From NCBI GenBank assembly GCA_013239625.1, contig MU054400.1, positions 231,146 through 295,145 on the forward strand: a DNA stretch of 64,000 bases, given 5' to 3'. Position 1 is the first letter of the stretch. The number at the start of each line of letters is the position of its first letter. Under the pieces are notes generated by a model. The model made no database searches, was not told the origin of the DNA, and saw nothing but the letters and a program-made list of their open reading frames with translations. The position numbers and the translations under genes are program-made. Origin of the DNA: Lama guanicoe (taxonomy: Eukaryota). Shown here piece after piece: positions 48,901 to 60,179 of this stretch.

Positions 48901-50998
48901 CAGCAGATCCTCCCCAAACTGTCCGTGACTTCAAGCTCACTCAAGTCCTTCTTGGCGGATGTGCTCCTGAGGTGGCTGGATCCAGTGATGGTTAAACTGC
49001 CTCATCCTGAGGGGCCTGAGTGGCTTATGTCACCATTGCCCTCAAATACCCCCTGGGGAAAGAAACTGGAGAAGGGCATTCCCCACAAGGCTCACAGGAA
49101 CTCTGCTTATTTAAAAGACAAAAAGAAAAGAAAGAATCCCCTCAACCAGAAAATGAAATCCTACAAAAATACTTCATTTTACACCTGCAAGGAATGCCAT
49201 TTCCCCCAGTTTCCTTTCTCAGCCTCAAGCACATCCTCAGGTTCCTGGGGGTTTTATGCAAAGGACTCGGGGAATTCAGGTGGGCTCTCCTGGGCTGCCT
49301 TGTCCTCCCAGGAGCAGATGTGGCACTTTGGAAAGGAACAGACTTCAAGTTACACAAGCACCAAGACTAACATCTTCTGCTAATAACGCTGTGAGTGATT
49401 TGAGTTCCCACCGGGCTATTATTCACAGCAAGACTTTGACTTTACTCAAAGAGTCTCAAAAGTACTTGACTGGTCTGAATTAATTAAGCCACATGAACCC
49501 CCTGAGAGGCAGAGAGAACCCAGGGATAAAAAGAGGAGGGAGAAGGATGAGAAAGTATTACCTGACACTGAGATGAACCTTCCCAGGGGCCCGGCAAGAT
49601 TGTAGCCAGTGAACCTCACTACCTCAGCCAACGAAACCCCAGGGAGTTTACAGGTCATTGGTAACAACCAAACTGTCACTGATGGTGATTAAAATATTAG
49701 AATCATAACATACTCTAGCTCAAAGGATCCTTAGAGATCACCTGAGACAACCCTTCATTTTAAGACGGAAAAACCTGGCCCTTAGATAAGAGGGGAAGGC
49801 AGACCTGCGGATCCTCAGGACTTTTTGCTGCTAGCCGTGAGCCAAGAGCGGGGACCTTTGACTGGTGCTCCCTGCAGTGGGAGGGACCATGCCCAAACCA
49901 GCTTCCCCCAGGACCAGGGGACCCAAAGACTCCAGGCGCTTCACAGAGCTCCCTATGAGCTGTACTTAAGCACGGCATATTTGGCATCTGAATGTAAAAA
50001 TAATTTGTCACCCAATGACAAGGCCACTCCATTTGGTCCATTTAAAACAGAGAACCACCGAGGTGAGGTCCCTCTGCTGGAGCACATTCCCCAAGCACAT
50101 CGAGCTGCCCCTGATCCAGCATGCTTCTCCTCAGGATGCCTGGAGATGGAGGGACTGTGTGTCTCCTGACCCTTCTCCCCGTGAGTCCCAGGCCCTACCA
50201 GCAGTGCTTGCTGGTGTCCACCCACATCCTCGGCAGGATACCCAGGAACACATTAGCCCTCCTAGACCTCTCCTAGGGTAATTTTTCACTGAATACATTA
50301 CGGATCTTTCCACATGAGTACGCATACGTAAACATTGTCTTTTTAAATGACTACCTGGTATTTTATTGCACAGACACGCCAGAGTCTTATCAGCAAATCT
50401 CCCTTTGTTGTTTCCAATTTAGGGTATCTCTTACTCTTCACAACTAAAAACAATACAGCAGTGACCAATTGTACAAACACCTTGGCAAACTCATCTTTTT
50501 ATTTTTTTAGGATAAATTCTTAGAAGTGGAATTGCCAAGTCAAAGAATATGAACTTTCAAACGTCTTTTGATAAAAACTGCTAAAGTTTCCCCACTAATT
50601 GTGGTGGCAGGATAGATTCCCACAAGTTTTCTGAGGTAGATCATTAATGACGTCAAACAGTTTTCTTGCATTTCATTCAGCTTTATTCCAAAAGAAGCTT
50701 ATAGCCTAAGCAAATGCCGAATGGTACATTTACCGAAAGTCTGAAGAGGCTGGACAAGTTTCTATAAGTTGTGACAGTTCTGAAGAAATGAGGACAGGTC
50801 ACCACTGGAAGCAGTGAGGTAAAGGGACTTTTTCATTATTATGCATGTTAATTTTGATGGAGATGTCATTTTCTTTTTGTAAATTTCCAGTTTGGGATTG
50901 TGATTATTTCTGCATGGTAAAATTACAAGGTATTATTATTTTTTATTTTGCTTAGCTGTGTTTTCTAATATTTTTACCACACCCTTATAATGCTAGTG

Positions 50999-51210
50999 CA
51001 GGGTTTCTCAACCTCGGGACTATTGACATTTTGGTCCAGATAATTCTTTGTTGTGGGAAGCTGTCCTACGTGACACAGGACAGTTAGCCGCATCCCGGGC
51101 CTCTACCCACCAGAAGGTAGTAGCACCCCTGGTTGTGACAGCCAAAAGTGTCTCTAGATATTTCCAAATATCTCCTGAGGGTCACAAATGCCCCCAGCTG
51201 AGAACCACTG
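50999..51210. mobile_element. MER20 hAT-Charlie MITE, full length
   Basis: CAGGGTTTCTCAACC...ACTATTGACATTTTGG...ATAATTCTTTGTTGTGGG...GTTGTGACAGCCAAAAGTGTCTCTAGA...TGAGAACCACTG, with terminal inverted repeats. Confidence 0.9.
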
Positions 51211-51259
51211 TACTGCTATAATAGTCGATACTAAAACGAAAAATAAACCTATAGTCCCC

Positions 51260-51450
51260 CACACCAGACACTATTCCTACTGCTTCAGGATAATTTTTTT
51301 CAACAATCCTTTGAAGTGGGTACTATTATATCCATTTTACCTACAAGGAAACTGAGAACAGAGAGGTTGAGTAACATGCCCAAGATCACACAGCAAGAAA
51401 GTTCAGGAGCCCAGACGGGAACCCAGGCAACTCCAGAGCCTGTGCTTATA
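51260..51450 (-). mobile_element. MIR
   Basis: CCATTTTACCTACAAGGAAACTGAGAACAGAGAGGTTGAGTAACATGCCCAAGATCACACAGC. Confidence 0.75.
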
Positions 51451-51519
51451 ATCATGTTTCTGCAGCTGCCTCCCATTGAAAGTTTTTTAAAAGACTCTTT
51501 TTAGCCATTTAATTTTCTC

Positions 51520-52130
51520 CAGCAAATCTTATAAAATATTTTCAAACACATACAATAATACAATGAACATCCATATCCTCATCACCTAAATTTAACAACT
51601 ATCAAGATTTTGCTATACTTAACTTGTTTGTTACTTTCTCTTGTCTCTGTCTCTCTCTCTTTCCCTTTCTTCTTCCTTCCCTTTCCTCTTTCTTCCTTTC
51701 CATTACATCATTTCATCCCATACATAGCTCTAAAAGCTACAGATACTTTCTTACATAATTGGATAATGGTGCCTTGCTCGGTCAACTTGCAGAAACTGTG
51801 CAGGAGAAATTCAAAGAGAGTATGGATGCTAACAAGCCCTCAAAGAATCTGCCCTTGAAGAAAGTACCACGCAAAGCCAGTGCACCCTCAGGCTCCTTTT
51901 TCCCCAGAGACAATATGGCAAATTTCTTACCCTGGTGCCGGGATTTAGGGGGAGGTGAAAACTGTCTATTTGAATCAGAAGGTCTGAGTATACATTTCCT
52001 TGAGAATTTTAGCTGATAAAATATTAAAATTATTGTTTGTCAGTGTAAGAAAAATGCCTGTCATACCTAACAAAATTAACAATTGTTTGGTGTCAACACA
52101 CATGCAAATTACCCTGATGATTTCAAAAAC
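51520..52130 (-). mobile_element. Old L1 3' UTR (L1MC/ME-like) split by the GAS2 retrocopy
   Basis: ACAATGAACATCCATATCC...TTTCTTACATAA (to 51758) resumes as ATGCCTGTCATACCTAACAAAATTAACAAT (from about 52054), collinear with the recalled consensus. Confidence 0.65.
51759..52054 (+). pseudogene. GAS2: 5'-truncated processed retrocopy of GAS2 (growth arrest-specific 2), calponin-homology domain region, with an intron-like 3' tail
   Basis: 51759-51986 translates to [76 protein letters not shown], versus recalled GAS2 [76 protein letters not shown]; in-frame TAA immediately upstream; embedded in a repeat; ATTAAA plus A-run at the 3' end. Confidence 0.92.
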
Positions 52131-52674
52131 ATTAAGTCTGGAGAACATCCAGCTTTGGACACTGAATAAGAAGGATGAAGCAGTGCTTCCCTGCATATCG
52201 TGAATCCTGAAGGGAAGAAAGACGTACTCATACAAGTACACTTCCTAGGAACTCTCTGCACGGTTTGGGCTGAAAATGAAAGGAAGGCACACAGCCCACG
52301 ACAACAATAAAGATCTCGGTGCTGGTTTTGGGATATGAGTCCTGACATGAAAAGGAACACGGTTAATCGTCCAAGTTAATTTCAATAACAGCAGGGAACT
52401 GGGGCTAGCCTTCGGACTTCCTCTACTCAGCTTTCTCAGTGCATATTTACGATTTCATTTTGGTTGTTGATTTACTTCCATTGGCCCATAGAAACCCTGA
52501 CTCTTTTGGTTGTCCTTGAAACCCAGTGGAAGTTCTTCACAAGTCCGAGGGGGTGCGCACCGCGCAAATTGGTCTTACTTTATTTGAGGGCGGCAGGCTG
52601 ATGAGCAAGCAGGATTCTCTGAAAGCCAGTGGGAGCGCCGGCCGTGGGTTGGGGGCAATGAGCAGGACCCTCGT

Positions 52675-53124
52675 TGTACTAGCTTCCCATGGCTGCTTAG
52701 TGGCTTAAAACAGCACACATTTTTTCTCCTACAGTTATGCAGTTAGGAATCCAGAGTCATTTTCACTGGGCCAAAATCACTGTTAGAGGGGCAGTGCTCT
52801 TAGGGAAGAATCCATTTTCTTGCCTTTCCAGCTTCTAAAACTGCATTCTTTGCGTGCCTTGGCTCATGGCCCCTTCCTCTATCTTCAAAGCCAGCAATGT
52901 AACATCTTGCTTCAGCGGCCACACCGCCTTCTAATTCTGTCTCATCTCCCTCAGCCTCCCTCTTTAATGAGTCTCGTGACTACATTTAGAGCCTACCAGG
53001 ATAATCCAAGATAATCGCCCCACCTCACGATCCTTAATCACTTCCGCAAAGCCCTTTTTGCTTTACAAGGAAACATTCACAGGATCAGCGGATATACTAG
53101 GGGGTCACTATTCAACCTACCACA
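52675..53124. mobile_element. MaLR LTR (MLT1C/D/E-like)
   Basis: TGTA start; TTAGTGGCTTAAAACAGCAC, CTTGCCTTTCCAGCTTCTA, GGATAATCCAAGATAATC; ends CAACCTACCACA. Confidence 0.85.
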
Positions 53125-53229
53125 TTCCTCTTGAGAACAACTCATTTCAAGACTAAAACTACTTACATTTTGAGACCGCAAAGCCTGTTACATGTGTTTT
53201 TCATTGGATTATCACAACAATCCTTTAAG

Positions 53230-53690
53230 GTAGGCAAGGTTTGGGATCCCCAGGAATCAAATCCTGAGGCGGGGGTGGGGGTGTTAAGTGTGTTAAATGC
53301 ATGTATCCTAGAAACCACAGAAAGAGAGTGGGGAAGCGAGACAGGAGGGGAAAGGAGCCAACAGAGGGTGTGGAGTCAAGCTATGACCACTGCGGGAAAG
53401 TGGAGCTCAATCCCCCAGGAGACCCAGGGAGATGGTACAGAGACCTCAGTTATTTCAACCGGGGGCTAAAGAAGCTGGGGTTTATCCACCAACTCCCCAG
53501 GCATCCTTTTAAAGGGTCCCTATGGAGGCATTAACTCTCCAGCATTTCCAGCTTTCCCTGTCGTAGCAGCCAGTGTTCTCCCGAGGCCAGAAGGAGACCC
53601 CAGAATCACAGGCGTCTTCAGCAAGCAGACTGAGTGGGGAGGTAACTGCCCTAGCGGCTGGCTGGGCCACCAGCAGTGTCTGCTAGGATC
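53230..53690. mobile_element. Old MaLR LTR (MLT1I/J/K-like)
   Basis: GAAGCGAGACAGGAGGGGAAAGGAGCCAA...GGAGCTCAATCCCCC...GGGCCACCAGCAGTGTCTGCTA. Confidence 0.6.
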
Positions 53691-54779
53691 CCCACTGACC
53701 CATGAGAGCATTCATTCCTTTTCGCCAAACAGGTGTTGAGTGTCTGCTTCCTCGGGTCCACAGTGTGCCTGGGGCTGCCACTTAAAAAAGAACAAAACTC
53801 CCTGCACCTGAGAAACTCGCGGTGTGTCCAGACCCGTAAAGAGACAACGTATCCTGCACAGCAGTAAATGCTACGCCAGAACTGTAAGTGCTTGTGCCTG
53901 GTGCACAAGGGGTTTGCAATCAAAATTGATTTTTAGAAACAAAGTATTATAAAGCACAGAAGACCTCTGTGTGGGAGACAAATGTCCCTCTCCATCTTCA
54001 GAGCCAGGCATCCAAATAAGGCCTGGAGATGAAATAGGGCAAAATACCAAGTGACAGGGCCAAGGTCACCTAGCCTGTGAACAACTGAGCAGAGCGTTGA
54101 AAAGCAGGACAAGAATCCACATTTTCTGACTCCTAAGCCAAGATTCCTTTCACCCCACCTACCAGTCTCTGGGAGATAAGACGTAGCACCAAGCACAACA
54201 CCCAGTACACAGCAGGTGCCAGGTGTTCCCGTGAAATGGAAACAAAGCATTCGGATGACCGTGAGAAAGGGAAATATAACCCATCACAGGAATGGGAAGG
54301 GACTTTCCTAAAGGAGAAAACCTAAAATGTTGGTGAAATGTTTTTGTTATAAGTCAAGTTAATCTGAACGGTCCAGGTTTGTTGGTTTGCTTTTTTTTTC
54401 GGGTCCTGCTGTTTTCTTCCCCGGTGCACAGCGGTGTCCTCAAGCGGCAAAGAACACGGGGAGAGGCTGCTGGGCCTTGCACTCTGGATCAGCGGCCTCC
54501 AGAGCGGGCTTCCCACACCCCAGGGCGAGCCCCCGCTAATAACTGGTGTGCAAGAACAAAACCGTGGGGGTGTGCTCAGACTTATCTTTAATAATTAGAG
54601 CCCAAACTACGCTCATGTTAAAAAGATGGTTTGACACTGGGGCCCCCGCAGAGGGTCAGGTGTCAGGTACGAGTGGCAGGTAGCCTGGAGGCAGGAGAGG
54701 GAGTTCCACTCTTCTTTTTGTTCACTTTCTCTTTCTTCTAACTCATTGCAGGTTGCGGGTGCCCAGTTAAAGGGAAGTA

Positions 54780-55241
54780 TGGGGTCTATTATGTAACTTT
54801 AATTAAGCTAATCTCACAGAATGGACAAGAGGCTAGAAGGATTCCTGCAAAAAAAAATCTCATATCAAAGATAATACTAGTGATGTAAGCACAAGTGAAT
54901 AAGAAAATGACCGAGCTGATTCTTCTCCTACTTCTGGTACCAGCTGTCTGTCAGCCACACTACGACGTAAAAACAATGATGATCTAATCAGATTTGTCAA
55001 GAGGTCAGCTTCAAAATTCAGAAACTATCAACTGTCTCTGAAATATGGATTTACAGCCAGTATAACAAATGCTGAAATGTGTATTATACCTCTGTGCTAT
55101 GATAGTATGAAGCCATCACAGTGAGACATTTTAGAACACTGTTTTATCTTTATCAGATTTTTGGTCTTCTATTTCATGTACATTTTAGAATATGTAATAT
55201 TTTAGTATGGGGAGGACAGTGAAAAAATTTGGAAACCACTT
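54780..55241 (+). mobile_element. hAT-Charlie element remnant with a degenerate transposase BED-finger region
   Basis: 55017-55121 translates FRNYQLSLKYGFTASITNAEMCIIPLCYDSMKPSQ*, like the Charlie/Buster motif (Y..LKYGF...C..C...SMKPS.L.RH); Charlie-like end AAAAATTTGGAAACCACT. Confidence 0.65.
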
Positions 55242-55534
55242 GTCTCGATGACCAAGATGCTACACACAATTAGTCCAGGGCTTTCTTTCTGACAGTGGCA
55301 ACATGGGGCACAGTGGGGGTTGGTAAACAAACACTAAATGAATGACTGTCCTTTCAGATGACAACTACAATATATTAGGACAAGGTTAGGGCATAGAATC
55401 CACACAAGTTAGAAGAATGGGGTTCATTATAACAAGAGGCTGGGCAGACACCTGCACAGACAGAATCAACAGACATCTTTCAATATCAAGGATCCCAACC
55501 AAGTTCCCTTCACAGTTTCTACAAACATTAACTG

Positions 55535-57052
55535 GTAACCTGAATGGCTAAAATTGTAAATACTGATAATACCAAGTGTTGACAAGGATGTGGAACAACT
55601 GGAATGCCCATACACTACAGGTGAGAGTGTCAATTGCATAATTGCTTTGGGAAAGTGACTGTATCTACTAATGCTGAAGAGTTGTATAACTATGGCCCAG
55701 AAAGTCTTCTCCTAGACATATACACAACAGAAATGTAAAATACAACACTATTCTAAATAGTCCAAAGTTGGCAGCAACCTATAAAACTACCATCAGTAGA
55801 ATGAATAAATTGCTGTAACTGTTACAATGGGAGTGAACTATTGTTACATGCCATAAGGTGAATGAATTTCACAGACATAATAACACTGAGCCAAAATGCC
55901 AGGCCACAGAGCACTTAGTGTAAGCAGTACTGTGCCAAGCAAGATAGGAGCATAAGGCAAAAGGAAAAATCAGTAAAACTGATTGTGCTGACTAAGTTAT
56001 ACAAAATCAACTTTGGCTAGGCTCTGGTATCCAGATATTAGGTAAAACACTATTCTAGATACTTCTGTGAGGGTATTTTTTAGTTGAGATTAACATTTAA
56101 ATGAGCAGACTCTCAGTAAGGATACCAGCATATAGGAATGATTCCATAAAATGATAGCCATCGTGAGGACTGAACAGACCATGTCTAAAAAGTGATCTTT
56201 GAATGAAATACACTCTGTAGCTGGGAAAATATGTATAGTAATATGATGCTTTTGCCTTTGCCTGAAATTTACAAACCCAGCGACCATCAATCATATATTT
56301 TAAATGAGAGTGAAGTAGATTACCTGGCATAATGTGGGTGGGCCTCAACCAATCAGTTGAAGGCCTTAATAGAAAAAGACTGACCTCCGCAAAAGAGGAG
56401 GGGATTCTGCCAGCAGACCACCTTTGGAGTTGAACTGAAGCTCTTCCTTGGGTCTCCAGCCTGCCAGCCTATCCTGCAGATTTTGGACTTGTCACACTTT
56501 CACAACCATAGAAGCCAATTCCTCAAAATAATGATCTCTCTGTCTCTGTCTCTCTAAAGAGATCTCTCTCTGGAGAGAGAGAGAAAGTAACAAGCTGTTG
56601 TTTCTGTTTCTCTGGAGAACCCTGACTAATACGCTGATCCTGCTTTATTTAAATTTTTAATATTTTGTTCATCGTGGATTTGTTTGTATGAATTTTGAGT
56701 TTTTGAAATATTTTGAAAATATTTATCTTGATTATTGAGGGCTTTTTGGCACCCCCCCTGACTTTTACACCTGAGGCTAGTGCCTCACTTGCCTTACCCT
56801 TGTCCTGGCTCTTCATTTGTATGAAGTTCAATAACAGGCAGAAGTAATCCATGCTGCTAGAAGTCAAGATAGTGGTTCCTTTGTGGGGAGAGGAGGAAGT
56901 GTGACAATAAGGGGCACAAGGGGGCTCTAAAATGTTCTCCCTCCTACTGCGGGTGCTTGTTAAATGGGCATGTTCTCTTTGTGAAAATTCTTTCAGAGGT
57001 ACACCCATGACTTGTGCTTACTTCTCTATGTATATGATACTTCAAAAAAAAC
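55535..57052 (+). mobile_element. Old L1 3' region (L1ME-like) interrupted by MLT2 and a hAT MITE (about 56640-56812)
   Basis: TGATAATACCAAGTGTTGACAAGGATGTGGAACAACTGGAA...; resumes AAGTTCAATAACAGGCAGAAGTAATCCATGCTGCTAGAAGTCAAGATAGTGG. Confidence 0.7.
55984..56633. mobile_element. ERVL LTR (MLT2B-like) carrying an internal foreign insert at about 56121-56298
   Basis: GAGATTAACATTTAAAT, ATAATGTGGGTGGGCCTCAACCAATCAGTTGAAGGCC, GGGTCTCCAGCCTGCCAGCC and TTTCTCTGGAGAACCCTGACTAATAC. Confidence 0.88.
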
Positions 57053-57520
57053 TAATGTAAACATTAGACTAGTTCTCCCATTGCCCACATCCATCATCTC
57101 TTCCAAGTTGGTAATAAAAACTTAAATCAATTGCCAGTTTATCTCCGGGGCTTCACTTTCAGAGAAATGCCTATCCTACCCAAGACTCCTTGGCTTTCAA
57201 GGAGGAAGAAACCACCCACGCCAACTCCAAACAAAGGAGCATTACTGAAAGGATACTGGGAAATCTCACCCATCTTCAGGAAGTACTGCTGTCTTTCATG
57301 AGAATCTAGATACTGGCATCTTTGAGGGGCATTTAATAAATGACACCCCCTTTCCAACATGGTGCTGAAGAAATTGAGAAATAAAGCAAAGGAGGGGTCT
57401 GTGGAGGCCAAAATTCAGCATTTATTACTGATGGAGGCCAGACTAAAGTTTGTGGCTTTTAGTGTATTAACTAAGCATGCTTGCTAACTCCAACCTCAGA
57501 ATTTGGTTCACTTACCCATC

Positions 57521-57649
57521 TGTCTTAGTCCTGGCAGGCTGCTATAACAGAAAACCATAGACTATGAGGCTTATAACCAACACACTGGGGATTAGATTTC
57601 ACGTTTTGGACTTGGGCAAGGGGTGGACACAAACATTCAACCTGGAGCA
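57521..57649. mobile_element. Internally deleted MaLR LTR (MLT1A/MST-like): both ends fused
   Basis: TGTCTTAGTC...GCTGCTATAACAGAAAACCATAGACT joined to CACTGGGGATTAGATTTCA...GGACACAAACATTCAACC. Confidence 0.65.
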
Positions 57650-58494
57650 CAACCCCAATCCAAGCGTAATAAGCCAGTGGACCACGTTTCCCGTGTGAAG
57701 GCTCAGAGCTGAATCCATGTTCCTTATGGGCAGCTCACTTCCAGGAGGAAGAACAAGCCAAGCATGCTCACTTATCTTCCCAAATTTACCATGTAGATAA
57801 GTAAGCCCTCTCCCTAAAGTGGAGAGAGCCAAGATCCTACTGGGAAACCTCATTATGGAAACCCAAAGTAGGGAAAAGCCCTTCCTCTCTGACACTGTGA
57901 CACAGAGAACCATCAGAGACTGAGTTTCTCCCTTTCACTCAAGGGCTGAGTGTTCTCTCATCCCAACTTCTCTCAGCACATCCACTTCATTCCCCTCATC
58001 CTCCCCTGGCTTCCTCTTCTCATTCTTCTCACTCACGGTCAGATATGGTGGCCTCACTCCCTAAGTTGGCCTCACTCACTACTCGGCTTGGCTCCCCAAA
58101 GCTGACACACTCGCCCTTCCAGTCTCCAAATTTACCGGAGAAGAAGCAGAAAGGCCCATCTCATCTTTTGAAGGCAGGCTGCCCAAGACTCAAGCCAGTA
58201 GCCAGTCAACTTATTCAGCAACTCTGTCAGGAAAGCTCACTCATACCAACAAACTCACAGGAGACTGTACGTAAAGCAGAACGTGATTTGGCTGATTTAC
58301 AAAGGGAGATGTTACTTTCCAGTGACTCAAATATTCTTGGCGATGGAGGGATTATAGTGGAAATTTGAATTAGTGATAAGAATAAATTGACAATTTTTAG
58401 GTGGGATAATGCTTTTTTGGCTGAGTGGCGTGTCTTGAGGTTTATAATTTAAAATAATTCAGAATGAAAAATAAAGTATAAAAATGAAGGGAGG

Positions 58495-59114
58495 CAACTA
58501 CTTTGGAAAATAGTTTGGCCATTTCTTACAAAGTTAGAGTTATCATAGGACCTAACAATTCTATTCCTAAGTATCTACCCAAGAGAAATGAAGGATATGT
58601 GCACATAAAAACATGTACGCAAACGTCCATGGTGGCATGATTCATAATGGCCAAAAAGTTGAAATAATCCAAATGTCCATCATGATAAATGGACAAACAA
58701 AATGTGGTATATATGCATACCATGGAATATTGCTTGTCAGTAAAAAGAAATAAAAGGAACAAAGTACTAATATTCGCTAAAACATGGATGAATCTCAAAA
58801 ACATTATGCTCAGTGAAAGAAGCCAACACAAAAGAACACATTTGGCTTGATTCCATTTGTACAAAATATTCAGAAAAGGCAAATCTATAGAGACAGAAAG
58901 TAGATTAGCGGTTGCCAGGGACCAGGGGTGGGAATGAGGAGTGACTGTAAATGGGCACCAGGTTTCTTTCTAGGGTGAGAGAAATGTTCAAGAATCAGAT
59001 TGTGGTGAAGGTTGTACAACTCTGCAAACAGACTAAAATTCTTTGAATTGTATACTTTAAATGGGTGAATTGTATGGAATGTGAATTATATCTCAATGAA
59101 GCTATTGTTTAAAA
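58495..59114 (+). mobile_element. L1 3' end (L1MB-like)
   Basis: ATCTACCCAAGAGAAATGAA, ATGGATGAATCTCAAAAACATTATGCTCAGTGAAAGAAGCC, GGCAAATCTATAGAGACAGAAAGTAGATTAG, GAATTATATCTCAATGAAGCT. Confidence 0.88.
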
Positions 59115-59137
59115 GGAAGAGGGAAGGAAGTGTTGGG

Positions 59138-59191
59138 GGAAGGAAAAGGAAGGAAGGAAGAAAGGAAGGAAGGAAGGAAGGAAGGAAGGAA
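59138..59191. repeat. (GGAA)n simple repeat
   Basis: Read directly. Confidence 0.9.
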
Positions 59192-60179
59192 GACAGACTT
59201 TTGTCCATGATGATCATAGCCTTCACAGTACCAGAATGTCTGAGAAGCCAAAATTATCATCAGAATGTTGCTTGGAGAGAGAGAGGTGAAAGAGCTTGAA
59301 AGATTTTAGATGCAGGACATTCTGAAACCTAATAAACCACCCCTTCTCTGTAGCCCCCATCTTTCCTCTGAACATTGCTGGATAAACACAGCAAATGCCT
59401 GACTCACTGGTTCTCTCTTTTCTTTGGTTGGTACTGAATATCCCTCTCTAGTTACACATTCTGAGTCTATATGATAAAATATGATGGGACTAGTATTTCT
59501 TCTCTAAAAATACATCCAAAGTGCCCCAATTATGATTTTTAGTGTTTCCAAAACTCTTGAGTCACAAATATTTGAGCAAGCTCTTGGTTTCATCCCATAG
59601 CTGGATACCCTTTCATTATGTATGAATATTTTAACACCCAGAGGGTAATCTTACTTCCAAAGTCTTAAAGAAACCATCAGTCTCAGGTCCATGTAGCACT
59701 TACAGAATACTGAGGTACAGCACATCAGGGAATTTTGGCAACTCTAGTTAGATTACATGCATTTCTTTATCAATTAAATTTCATTAACTTTCTTTCAGAG
59801 ATTTCTGCTCTGCTAATGGCTTTCTTCCTATTTCCCAGGACTTTCATGGAATTAATCTGAAAATACACACTCACACAAATCTCTAACCTGTTTCTAGATT
59901 TTGGGAGACTGAAGGAGGAGGGGTATTCTAATCCAGTCTGCAACTTCACTTATTATGACTGTATAATATCCCAGTGTTTCGGTGTAACATAATTTATATA
60001 TCCATTTCATATTTTTCTATGTTAAAATGAACATTGTTGTCAACATTCTTATATATAAATCTTGACATATGACTCTGATAGTTTCTAAAGAAACTCTTTT
60101 AATACTTGTTGAACAAAATAGTAAAATGAGTTGGTGGTCTCTGTTTGGGCTTTCATCAATATATATATCATGTAAAGGT

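Noticed and set aside
50648..50655. Full CRE palindrome TGACGTCA
   Set aside because: A single 8-mer is expected about once per 64 kb, and there is no supporting context.
51759..51987. A real exon of the GAS2 gene
   Set aside because: No acceptor preserves the frame (TAA directly upstream), it lies inside a split L1 remnant, has substitutions at conserved residues, and no other GAS2 exon is visible in 64 kb.
52332..52346. GATATGAGTCCTGAC (DMSPD), resembling GAS2 C-terminal DMNPD
   Set aside because: Only five codons, the flanks do not match, and it lies beyond the point where the host repeat resumes.
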